Of a stretch of 64,000 bases of DNA, positions 17,424 to 26,219 are shown piece after piece. Position numbers and translations under genes: made by a program. The notes below the pieces were generated by a model that was not told the DNA's origin, made no database searches, and worked only from the letters and a program-made list of their open reading frames with translations. The stretch is from an uncultured Eubacteriales bacterium. GTDB taxonomy: Bacteria; Acidobacteriota; Aminicenantia; Aminicenantales; Aminicenantaceae. The DNA lies in the NCBI GenBank assembly GCA_964429695.1, contig CAYSCS010000068.1:15352-79351 (forward strand). Direction: 5' to 3'. The first letter of the stretch is position 1, and every line of letters begins with the position of its first letter.

Positions 17424-18188
17424 ATGAATAACCAAAAAGATTTTGAAGAAAAAAGCGTTCATAAAGTACTTCTCAATAAGAAGCAATCTGCTTTAAAAAA
17501 ATATTCCGCTCTCTTTATCGGAAAAGAAAACATCTGGCAGATACTTAAATATGAGCTAATCACCCTTCTTTTCTCCTGGATACCAGGGGCGCTGGGGATA
17601 ATCCTGAGAAGAATCTTCTACCGCCTGATCCTCAAAAAAATTGGAAAAGGAGTGGCACTTGGGCACCACATTACCCTCCGACATCCACATAAAATCTCAA
17701 TCGGAAATAATTCTTTCATAGATGATTATGCGGTACTCGATGCAAAAGGAGAGAAGAATACAGGCATTATCATAGGAGAAAACGTCATCCTCGGACGCAA
17801 TACAATTCTAAGCTGTAAGGGAGGCTCAATTTTTCTTGAAGATTTCTCGAACATCTCTTCAAATTGTTCCCTTCTCTCTGAGACTGAAATAAGAGTGGGA
17901 AAATATACTTTCCTTGCCGGTCATTGTTACCTTGTTGCCGGAGGGAATCACAGCTTTGAACGCACAGACACTCCTATCATGTTTCAACCTTCAATCACAA
18001 AAGGAGGAATCCATATCGCCGAAGATTGCTGGCTTGGAGCCTCTGTGACTGTGCTTGATGGAGTAAGTATAGGAAAAGGGAGTGTAATCGGTGCAGGTTC
18101 TCTCCTCATCGATTCCCTCCCCGAATACTCGGTTGCAGTTGGCTCTCCCGCAAAGAGAATAAGGGATAGAAGAGAAGATAAAGTGTGA
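17424..18188 (+). CDS. hexapeptide-repeat (left-handed beta-helix) acyl/acetyltransferase with N-terminal membrane segment
   Basis: Repeated [LIV]-G-x-x-x-x hexapeptides (IGNNSFIDD, IIGENVILGRN, IAEDCWLGASV, IGKGSVIGAGS), WcaF/LacA-like. Hydrophobic LITLLFSWIPGALGIIL near the N-terminus. Confidence 0.75.
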   Translation: MNNQKDFEEKSVHKVLLNKKQSALKKYSALFIGKENIWQILKYELITLLFSWIPGALGIILRRIFYRLILKKIGKGVALGHHITLRHPHKISIGNNSFIDDYAVLDAKGEKNTGIIIGENVILGRNTILSCKGGSIFLEDFSNISSNCSLLSETEIRVGKYTFLAGHCYLVAGGNHSFERTDTPIMFQPSITKGGIHIAEDCWLGASVTVLDGVSIGKGSVIGAGSLLIDSLPEYSVAVGSPAKRIRDRREDKV

Positions 18189-18241
18189 TAGGTTTTCACC
18201 TTTCTAAAATTTTTTCCTCCAATATATCATCTCTAGTTTAA

Positions 18242-18270
18242 TTGACTAAGGGGTTCATATTCTTTATACT
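18242..18270 (+). promoter_or_regulatory. predicted sigma-70-type promoter (TTGACT / 17 nt / TATACT) for the B12-rSAM/GT2 pair
   Basis: -35 at 18242-18247 and -10 at 18265-18270, read directly. Confidence 0.45.
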
Positions 18271-18302
18271 TTCATCTAACTCGATGCTTATTTAAAGTTA
18301 AG

Positions 18303-19721
18303 ATGAAAGTAATTCTCATCAATCCTCCTGCTGAGAAGCTTGTACGGACTTTTGCCCCGGACTCGATAACAGAAGAAATGGGGTTATACCCTCCTCTGGG
18401 TCTCTTGTATGTGGGAACTCATGCTCTTCAATCACTAAAGAATCAAATTCAACTCCAAATCCTCGATGCTCAGGTTGAGAAAATGAGCAGCAAGAAGATA
18501 GAAAAATTCATAGAAAAAGAAAATCCAGATGTAGTGGGAATCAGCAGTATGACCTTTCTTGTCCTCGATGCCTTGGAAGTGGCGCGCATCGTAAAGAAAA
18601 CCTGTCCTGAAGCTTATGTGGTTGCCGGCGGAATCCATGCCACTATCTATCCCCACGAAATGCTCTCTCAACCCGAAATAGATGCTGTAGTCATCGGAGA
18701 AGGTGAACTCGTTTTCACCCAGCTTCTGGAGGCCCTGTTGAGAAAAAAAGAACTCTCTCAAATCAAAGGTCTTGGATACAAGGTCGATGGAAAAATAATC
18801 ATAAACCAGCAAAATGAGTTTATCAGCAACCTCGATGGCCTGCCCATCCCTGAAAGGACATTACTTCCCTATAAAAAATACTACAACCTTCTTGGGACCG
18901 GTAAAGAAATAATGACCAGCCTCCTGACTTCAAGAGGATGCCCCCACAATTGTATCTTCTGCACTCAGAAGGATGGTCGAATCTGTCGCATGCGTTCCCC
19001 AGAAAATGTTCTCATGGAAATCGAGGCCTGTGTAAGACTTGGAATAACGGATTTCAATGTCGTCGATGATACCTTTACCATCAACCGTAAAAGAGTGATT
19101 GAAATATCAGATCTCATCATTCGCAAGGGATTAAAAATTACCATGGATGTCAATGCTCGAGTTGACCAGGTTGATCAGATGCTTCTCGACAAACTCGCTC
19201 AAGCAGGATGCAACCGAATCCGTTTTGGGGTTGAGAGTGGCAATCCAGAAGTGCTCAAGAACTTAAGAAAGGGGATAACCCTCAATCAGGCAAGAGAGGC
19301 TTTTAGAATGGCAAAAAAGGCTGGCATCGTCACCTTCGCCTATTTCATGGTTGGTTCTCCAGGCGAGACAAAAAAAGAAGTAAAACAAAGCATAAAACTG
19401 GCAAAGGAACTCGACCCGGATTTTGTTCAATTTCTTATCACGACTCCTTTTCCTGCTTCTGACCTGTATGAGCTGGGCAGAGAAAAGGGAATACTCAAGG
19501 GAGACTATTGGAGGGAATTTTCTGCTCATCCTGAGGAAGGGTTTACTCCTCAATGGTGGACTGAAAACTTCACGCCAGGAGAGCTTGAGAAATGGCAGAA
19601 GAGGGCACATCTTAGCTTCTATTATCGCCCAAGGTATATTCTTAGACAGCTACGGAGTTTGAAGTCTCTCAGGGAATTCAAAAGAAAAGCTCATGCAGGT
19701 TTAAGGATATTCTGGGGATAG
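18303..19721 (+). CDS. B12-binding-domain radical SAM protein (class B rSAM)
   Basis: N-terminal cobalamin-binding-like domain (MKVILINPP...PPLGLLYVGT). Radical SAM cluster motif SRGCPHNCIFC (CxxxCxxC). Confidence 0.8.
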   Translation: MKVILINPPAEKLVRTFAPDSITEEMGLYPPLGLLYVGTHALQSLKNQIQLQILDAQVEKMSSKKIEKFIEKENPDVVGISSMTFLVLDALEVARIVKKTCPEAYVVAGGIHATIYPHEMLSQPEIDAVVIGEGELVFTQLLEALLRKKELSQIKGLGYKVDGKIIINQQNEFISNLDGLPIPERTLLPYKKYYNLLGTGKEIMTSLLTSRGCPHNCIFCTQKDGRICRMRSPENVLMEIEACVRLGITDFNVVDDTFTINRKRVIEISDLIIRKGLKITMDVNARVDQVDQMLLDKLAQAGCNRIRFGVESGNPEVLKNLRKGITLNQAREAFRMAKKAGIVTFAYFMVGSPGETKKEVKQSIKLAKELDPDFVQFLITTPFPASDLYELGREKGILKGDYWREFSAHPEEGFTPQWWTENFTPGELEKWQKRAHLSFYYRPRYILRQLRSLKSLREFKRKAHAGLRIFWG

Positions 19722-19722
19722 G

Positions 19723-20421
19723 ATGAAGACCATAAGTGTAATCATACCTGTCTTCAACGAGCAGGATACAATCCTCAAAGTAGTGAGAAAGGTCAAAGAG
19801 GTTCCTATATCCAAAGAAATAATCATCGTCGATGATGCCTCTACCGATAGAACCTCAGAACTGCTGAAGCAACTGGAAAGTGACCCTGAGATAAAGATAA
19901 TTACCCATTCTAAAAACCTCGGTAGGGGAACGGCCATCAGCACAGGCCTCGAACATGCCCAGGGAAAAATTACAATCTTTCAGGATGCTGACCTCGAGCT
20001 TGACCCCGCGAACTATCCTCGATTGATTCAACCTATTCTCGAGGGAGAAACAAAAGTAGTTTTTGGCTCGAGATTCCTAGGAAAAGGATTTATCACAGGG
20101 ATGGGCTTTACCTATTATGTAGGAAATGTCATCCTCACGGCTCTCACCGATCTCCTCTTTAAAAACGCAAGGCTAACCGATGTCTTGACGATGTTCCAGG
20201 TGACAGAAACGCAAATCCTTAAAAGTCTCAATCTTCGAAAGACAAGATGGGAATTTCCAATAGAAATAATGGCAAAGCTGCTGAGGAGGGGATATGATAT
20301 CCTTGAGATTCCGGTGGAATACATCCCGAGGACGAAAAAGTCAGGAAAAAAAATAAACTGGAAAGCATTCTTTCCCTGCCTCTTCACGCTTCTCAAATTC
20401 AGATTTTCAAAAAAGTTCTGA
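19723..20421 (+). CDS. family 2 glycosyltransferase, Dpm1/Ppm1-like (polyprenyl-phosphate sugar synthase-like)
   Basis: ISVIIPVFNEQDTI, IIIVDDASTDRT, and DAD (QDADLE) DxD motif. About 230 aa with no large membrane domain. Starts 2 nt after the rSAM stop. Confidence 0.7.
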   Translation: MKTISVIIPVFNEQDTILKVVRKVKEVPISKEIIIVDDASTDRTSELLKQLESDPEIKIITHSKNLGRGTAISTGLEHAQGKITIFQDADLELDPANYPRLIQPILEGETKVVFGSRFLGKGFITGMGFTYYVGNVILTALTDLLFKNARLTDVLTMFQVTETQILKSLNLRKTRWEFPIEIMAKLLRRGYDILEIPVEYIPRTKKSGKKINWKAFFPCLFTLLKFRFSKKF

Positions 20422-20655
20422 ATAAATTCTCACTGACTCAATCCTCAACCTTCATATTTCACACAATCTCCTGCTTAATTGATAAAAATGTTAATACTTG
20501 ATTTAGTAACTAAAAGATATTATTGAGATAAGCGTGGAATTACCTTTTCCCCTACCATATGCTCATCCGCTAATTTCACGTTTATCAAACTACTTTTTTT
20601 CTCCTTCAATTTAAAAATCAACCGTGAGAGGTAAAAAATAAAGGAAGGGGAAAAG

Positions 20656-22773
20656 TTATCTATAGAAAGCTTCCTTCCTTTGAAGCAAAACCTTATCAAA
20701 CCAGAGCGAAGTCTCTCCTGAAGCATAGATTCTTAGCCCCACAGCTGTTTCTCTCTCAAGATGAAAGCAAAGACTGAATTCCTTATACTTAAAGGAAGAA
20801 TTGAAATCTCTTCCATAAACATCACGGGAAAAAAGAAGCCGTCTTTTTTTAAGATCAAAGACATCAATCTTCGCCAACCACTCACCTGGAGGGGAGGAGT
20901 CCTGAGTTTTCAAGAAAAACAAAGCTTCATATTCTCCTCTTGAAAGGGTAATTGCTTCAGATTGAACAAGAGAGGCTCTTTTTTTCTCGGCTAAAAAAGC
21001 ATACCTATTTGAGGCTTCTTCATCATACCTCGGTATCCCCCCTTCCCCGAAAAATACCTCACCTTCAATGATTTTTTTCTTTCCTTCATCTTCAACCGAA
21101 GAAGGATTAAGCTCATAGAGTTCAACATGGGTTTTCCAGATGGGATAGCGGACAATTAGTCTTGCTCTTCGCATTACGTGGGGAAAATCATTCTGGTAGA
21201 CCTTCTTTTCATCGAAAAAGGGATTGATAATAAGATGTGATATTCGGTATTTAGAGATAAAATCTTTTCCCTTGTTTATATATCCGGTGTGGTAGGAATG
21301 AGCCTCATGCTTGTTCTCCATAGCCATCACCGGAGCCAGAAGACCTCCTATAGACATTTTCTCAAAGGCAAATCCTAAATCTCTCGAATAAGTTCTCAGA
21401 TCAAAACGAGGAAAAAATACCCAGATAAAATATTGCTTAAGGTTAAAGAATAAAGAAATCAAAATGAGTGCTGAAAGTATCACTTTTCTCAGAGAAGGAG
21501 AAAGAAATATTTTCAGTTTCCCTCTCCAGATAGAAAGAAAATAAGCACAGACAAAAGTTAATCCAAAACTGGTTCCAACAAGAAGAATTGAACAGATAGA
21601 AATCGATTTCAAATTCATCGGTTTTAATCCCAGGATAAAGAGACCACTCAAGACAAAAAGAAGCCATAAAAAAAACAGGGGATAAAAGAAAAAAGGAATC
21701 CTCGTTGGTTTTTCAATCGACTTCGCTTTTGAAAACTCAAATAGTGAACCTACGGCAAGGACAACGATGGGAAAGATGAGAGGAATAGCGTGCCTCATTG
21801 GCCTGTAGTAAATAAGCGAATAATGGATGTAATTGCTGATAAGCCAAAGTCCAGATATCCAGAACAGTGGGGTAATTTTTTGGGGGAACCTCAAGTAAAA
21901 ATACAACAAAAAAGGAAGAAAAATTAGAGCAAGAATAGTTTCAACAGGCATATTGTTGAAATAATGAAGGGGTCTTATCCAGAAATTCCTGAGAGCCTCT
22001 GCTACGCCATGGGGTGAAAGCCATTTATAGTTATCTCTTGCTATATCCTGAAATAATTCTTTGTGAGGGAAATAAAAAAAGAAAAAATAAAAGATAGCTA
22101 TGACTCCCATCCCAAGAATAAAAATGCCGCAGAGAGTAAATGTCTTCTTCAGGTTTTTATTGTTTTTAAAAAAAGCATGAATTAGTGCGCCAAAAACAAT
22201 CGAGGGGAGGATGAGGAGGAACGTCCCTTTGACAGTGAAAGAAAGAGAACATGCTCCTCCAGCCAGGAAGTAAAATAATCTTTCTCTTCCTTTTGAAAGC
22301 TCTAAAAAGTAAATCGAAAGAAGGGTAAAGAAGAGCATGGGCATAACTCGGACTGCAATCCTGCTGAACATGGTAAACTGGTAGTTAACTCCAAGAAGTA
22401 GGACTCCAAGGAGAGCGAAATTATTCCCAAGGCTTTTCTTAAGAATGAAATAGAGGAGAAAAAGGAGGAGTGAACTGAAAAGTGCGGGGACAGAGTTCAT
22501 CTGCGCAATCCCCACCCCAAAGAAACGGAAGATAGCATAGGTGATAAGGTGAGAAATTGGAGTGACATACATGAGGTTCCATTCATCTGTTTTCCATTTC
22601 CCAAAAATAACCTTATTCCTCGCATTTGAAACATACTGACCAGGGTCCCCTATGTGTCCAATGCTGTAAGGATCAAGCCTCCGGGGTGGGTCTGCACCCA
22701 AATGGATGAAACGCAGGGAGATAACAAATACAAAAATGAGGAAAAAAACAATGCTCTTCTTCATCTCTTCCAT
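20656..22773 (-). CDS. polytopic membrane protein, GT-C-fold glycosyltransferase-like (GT39/GT83, ArnT/PMT-like) with C-terminal beta-rich domain
   Basis: First loop LGADPPRRLDPYSIGHIGDPGQYVSNARNKVIFGKW matches the ArnT/PMT_2-type loop as I remember it. More than 12 hydrophobic helices. Soluble ~150-aa C-terminus. Confidence 0.6.
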   Translation of the reverse strand: MEEMKKSIVFFLIFVFVISLRFIHLGADPPRRLDPYSIGHIGDPGQYVSNARNKVIFGKWKTDEWNLMYVTPISHLITYAIFRFFGVGIAQMNSVPALFSSLLLFLLYFILKKSLGNNFALLGVLLLGVNYQFTMFSRIAVRVMPMLFFTLLSIYFLELSKGRERLFYFLAGGACSLSFTVKGTFLLILPSIVFGALIHAFFKNNKNLKKTFTLCGIFILGMGVIAIFYFFFFYFPHKELFQDIARDNYKWLSPHGVAEALRNFWIRPLHYFNNMPVETILALIFLPFLLYFYLRFPQKITPLFWISGLWLISNYIHYSLIYYRPMRHAIPLIFPIVVLAVGSLFEFSKAKSIEKPTRIPFFFYPLFFLWLLFVLSGLFILGLKPMNLKSISICSILLVGTSFGLTFVCAYFLSIWRGKLKIFLSPSLRKVILSALILISLFFNLKQYFIWVFFPRFDLRTYSRDLGFAFEKMSIGGLLAPVMAMENKHEAHSYHTGYINKGKDFISKYRISHLIINPFFDEKKVYQNDFPHVMRRARLIVRYPIWKTHVELYELNPSSVEDEGKKKIIEGEVFFGEGGIPRYDEEASNRYAFLAEKKRASLVQSEAITLSRGEYEALFFLKTQDSSPPGEWLAKIDVFDLKKRRLLFSRDVYGRDFNSSFKYKEFSLCFHLERETAVGLRIYASGETSLWFDKVLLQRKEAFYR

Positions 22774-22786
22774 GTTTGGTCCTTTC

Positions 22787-22816
22787 TAAATATCATACGC
22801 TTTTAACAGGTGTCAA
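22787..22816 (-). promoter_or_regulatory. predicted sigma-70-type promoter (TTGACA / 18 nt / TGaTATTTA) for GT-C gene 20656-22773
   Basis: Reverse complement reads TTGACAcctgttaaaagcgtatgaTATTTA. Only 13 nt lie between the -10 and the ATG. Confidence 0.4.
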
Positions 22817-23350
22817 TAAATCGCTACGCCATAACGAGACTCGACACCCGAAATATATTAGAATCAGGAAGCTTAAGAATTGTCCTTTGGCTAATCATCT
22901 TTTTACTTTAAATTTCAAGAAAATTACACAAACCCAAGCTTATATAAAAATCGTTCATCGCGCTTTTTAGTGGCTAAGCACTTCTCGTTTTTATCGCCAA
23001 CAATGACTGCTGAGCATAAAAATTTGGCTCTTCTCCAAATAAGGCAATAAAAACATATATGGGAAAAAGGAAAAGAAATAGATTCTTCTTTTAATTTTGA
23101 GGGTTAAATTTATAAGAATAGAAAAAAGTCCAACTTTTATTCTCCAGTTTATATCGCGGCTCTTATTCCCACTCTTCCCTCAGCAATATCTTTCAATTAC
23201 TCATTCGAAGATAAAAATTTTCATCAACTACTCTGGAGATGAACTAAAATTTTATAGGCTTTAAAAAGCAAAAAAATTCTTGAACGAGGGAAAGTATGAT
23301 AAAATTCATACATGCCTTTAAAAATATTCGATTTTGTGTAAGACGCGAAG

Positions 23351-23737
23351 ATGGAGGAAGCAGAAAAAATTTATCATTCCCTTTTCAAAGAAAAAATCCC
23401 GCTCATTTTGAACCAAAGATTTCAAGAAGCAACTGAGAAAATAATAGCCAATAATTCTAATGATTATCTCTCGAAGTCAGATTCTGCACTGGGTCGAATA
23501 AAAGATTTAGAGGCTTTAGAGATGGCTGCAAGATTCAAAAGAAGGCTCCCCTCCCTTTCTCTTAAATTTAGGATCATGGTCTTTCTTGCCGAAACCTTAC
23601 CCCAGAATCAAAGAATCTTCGTCAACGCTAAAGACAACTCCTTCAAGGCTTGGGCATCTCTTCTTTTTTCTGGAATAAGGAGTGTTTTCAAATTTTTTAA
23701 AGGTATTTATCTCTTGCGGAATTTAAAGAATGTATGA
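23351..23737 (+). CDS. hypothetical protein (128 aa), translationally coupled to the GMC oxidoreductase
   Basis: ORF only. It overlaps the next gene by 8 nt. No motif recognised and the SD is weak. Confidence 0.35.
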   Translation: MEEAEKIYHSLFKEKIPLILNQRFQEATEKIIANNSNDYLSKSDSALGRIKDLEALEMAARFKRRLPSLSLKFRIMVFLAETLPQNQRIFVNAKDNSFKAWASLLFSGIRSVFKFFKGIYLLRNLKNV

Positions 23738-25304
23738 TGTCTTAATCATAGGGTCAGGGATTTCTGGCGTATCAACCGCACTGAGACTCTCTGACTTGGG
23801 AATAAAAACCTGTATCCTAGATGTAGGAATTGAGCCCCGTGAAAGGCATGAAATCAAAGAAAACCTTTATGACTACCGTTTGAAGAATGACTCATTTGAG
23901 CTCATGATCGGGAAAAACTTCGAGGGACTCCATAACCTGAAGAGCACTAACCAGACACTTCCGGCAAAGCTCGTCTCTCCCGGGATGAAGTTTGTCACCG
24001 AGCGAGCAGAGGAGCTTTCACCTCTTCTTTCCAGAAACTTCACTGCCGTCCAGAGTTTTGCGAAGGGTGGCCTTGCCAATGCCTGGGGAGCAGGCCTGAT
24101 GAGGTTCAACCGCAGAGACCTTGAAGGTTTTCCCATCAAAGAAGAAGAGCTTGCTCCTTACTATGAGAGGTTAATAGAAGAAATCGGGATAAGCGGTGAA
24201 AATGACGACCTGACCCCTTTTTTTGGAGAAGACAAACTGCTCCAGAAACCGCTCAAGCTTTCGGCTAATGCTCGGATAATTCTTAAGAATTATTTAAAGA
24301 AAAGAAAAAGATTGAACAGAAAAGGGGTTTTCATCGGCAGGCCCCGACTTGCCGTTCTCTCCGAGGAGAAGGAAGGGAGGAAAGCCTGTGAATATCATAA
24401 CCTCGAATTCTGGCAGCCTCATCTCCCCTACATCTACCATCCTTCCCTCACCCTGGATAAGCTCATCTCTTCAGGAAAAGTAATTTATAAAAGAGGGCTT
24501 CTGGCAAGGGCATGGTTTCACAGGGAAGGAAAAGTGGTGGTTGAAGCAGATTACCTCCTTGAAAAAAGAAAGATTTATCTTGAATGCCGTAAGCTTGTTT
24601 TAGCCGCTGGTGCCATTTCGAGTGCAAAACTTGCCCTGACTTCAAGAAAAGATTATCGCTCCAAGCTACCCCTTCTCGATAACACTGCACTCCAGTTTCC
24701 TTTCATCATCCCTCAAAGAATAGGGAAAAAACTCGAAACAGATGCTTTCGGGCTGACCCAGCTTAATTTTGTGTATGAAGCAAAGAATCAAGGGCTTCTT
24801 CAGGGAAGTATTCTTGAGGTTACCTCCCCTTCAAGGGCTGAATTTTTCTCAAGTCTCCCTCTTGCAGCGGCAGATAATCTGCGTTTGATAAAATATCTTC
24901 TTCCAGCCCTGATTGTGATGCAACTTTATCTCCCTTCCCTTCAACCCGCATCTTTACGCTTGAATGAAAGCGGCGAGCTCGAGATTGAAGGAGAAGTAAT
25001 TAATATCCAAGAGTCTGTAAAAAGGGAAATAATCCGCATTTTCAGATCACTTGGGGCCTTCTCCTTCCCTCGCTTTGTGGTGAAGGTACCTAATGGGCTT
25101 GGAATTCATTACGCTGGGACACTCCCCATGGTTTCCTCACCTCAAAGCCCCTATCAGTGCAATAAATTTGGCGAACTCCACGGAGAGCAAGACGTATATG
25201 TGGTCGATGGAGCACTCTTCCCCCGCCTTCCTTCCAAGAACTTTTCATTTGCCGTAATGGCCAATGCCATGCGAATTGCAGAACATATCGCAAAAACTCT
25301 TTAA
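23730..25304 (+). CDS. FAD-dependent oxidoreductase, GMC family
   Basis: N-terminal Rossmann motif DVLIIGSGISGVSTA. C-terminal GMC-like region (HYAGTLPM...VYVVDGALFP...MANAMRIAEHI). Confidence 0.7.
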   Translation: MYDVLIIGSGISGVSTALRLSDLGIKTCILDVGIEPRERHEIKENLYDYRLKNDSFELMIGKNFEGLHNLKSTNQTLPAKLVSPGMKFVTERAEELSPLLSRNFTAVQSFAKGGLANAWGAGLMRFNRRDLEGFPIKEEELAPYYERLIEEIGISGENDDLTPFFGEDKLLQKPLKLSANARIILKNYLKKRKRLNRKGVFIGRPRLAVLSEEKEGRKACEYHNLEFWQPHLPYIYHPSLTLDKLISSGKVIYKRGLLARAWFHREGKVVVEADYLLEKRKIYLECRKLVLAAGAISSAKLALTSRKDYRSKLPLLDNTALQFPFIIPQRIGKKLETDAFGLTQLNFVYEAKNQGLLQGSILEVTSPSRAEFFSSLPLAAADNLRLIKYLLPALIVMQLYLPSLQPASLRLNESGELEIEGEVINIQESVKREIIRIFRSLGAFSFPRFVVKVPNGLGIHYAGTLPMVSSPQSPYQCNKFGELHGEQDVYVVDGALFPRLPSKNFSFAVMANAMRIAEHIAKTL

Positions 25305-25326
25305 GGAGAATGAAAAGAGAAAGAAA

Positions 25327-26193
25327 ATGAAAACAATCCTCATTTCAGGTGCTGATGGTTTTATTGCCGGACAACTTGCCCGAAGGCTTAAAGCATCAGG
25401 TTTAAGGCTAGTTGGGCTTGCCTTAAGAGCTCGACCTCTTAAATTTTTCGACTCTGTGTATCAGGGAACTCTCCTTACTCCTCTTGAAGGATTGTTCGAA
25501 AAGGAAAAAATTGATGCCTTCATTCACTGCGCCTACCACCCAGGAAAGGACGAACTCAGGGTAAATGTGGAGGGCACAAAACTATGGGCAGAAGAGGCAA
25601 AGAAGAATGGAGTAAGATTACAGATTTTCTTGAGTTCAATTTCGGCTCGAGAAGACTCCTTTACTAACTATGGCAAATCTAAATATGAAACAGAAAGATG
25701 GTTCTTGAAAAATGGTCAGGTAGTACTCCGTCTTGGTCTTGTCATTGGAGAGGGAGGCTTTTTCAAGAAGATGGTTTCGATGATGGAAAAGTGTCCAGTG
25801 ATTCCCCTTCTTAACCGAGGAGAGTCTGCGGTCTATCTTACAGGTATAGAAGATTTATGCCAGCTCATCGAAAAAATTGTTCGAGAGGAACAAGAAATAA
25901 GGAATGGAGTTCTCTGGAATTTCTTCCAGCCCCACCCCCTGACCCTCAAAGAAGTTCTTAAAGAAATTAAAAGAGAGGAAAGCATCCGGTGCTTCTTCCT
26001 TCCCCTTCCCTATAATCTTGTGCTTTATGCTGTCATGGTCCTCGAGAAATTCCCGTTTTTAAGACTCAAGATAAACAGCAATAACATCAAAGGCTTGAAA
26101 CAGAACGATCGCCTTGACTTTGATTCTGATTTTCTCAAGCTTGGTTACCAAGAAAAATCTTTTAGCGAGCTCTTAAGGATGTCAAAAAAATGA
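25327..26193 (+). CDS. NAD(P)-dependent epimerase/dehydratase/reductase (extended SDR)
   Basis: ILISGADGFIAG (GxxGxxG) and catalytic YGKSK (YxxxK). ATG 25327 chosen; the track start 25264 overlaps the GMC gene. Confidence 0.75.
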   Translation: MKTILISGADGFIAGQLARRLKASGLRLVGLALRARPLKFFDSVYQGTLLTPLEGLFEKEKIDAFIHCAYHPGKDELRVNVEGTKLWAEEAKKNGVRLQIFLSSISAREDSFTNYGKSKYETERWFLKNGQVVLRLGLVIGEGGFFKKMVSMMEKCPVIPLLNRGESAVYLTGIEDLCQLIEKIVREEQEIRNGVLWNFFQPHPLTLKEVLKEIKREESIRCFFLPLPYNLVLYAVMVLEKFPFLRLKINSNNIKGLKQNDRLDFDSDFLKLGYQEKSFSELLRMSKK

Positions 26194-26219
26194 GGAACTA
26201 AGAGTTTAGGTAAAATTCC

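Noticed and set aside
20544-20655. A long-range 10-bp inverted repeat, CTTTTCCCCT (20544-20553) paired with AGGGGAAAAG (20646-20655), in the convergent gap after the GT2 gene. It could be a terminator or a structured RNA.
   Set aside because: The arms are 92 nt apart with no supporting internal helices or U-tract. The second arm abuts the stop codon of the minus-strand gene. This is most likely coincidence.
23296-23436. A 46-codon ORF with a good SD (GAGGGaaagtATG) overlapping the start of the 128-aa hypothetical gene in another frame.
   Set aside because: The translation (MIKFIHAFKNIRFCVRREDGGSRKNLSFPFQRKNPAHFEPKISRSN) is basic and low-complexity with no recognisable feature. It cannot be distinguished from chance without conservation data. 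It is kept only as a caveat on the 23351 start call.
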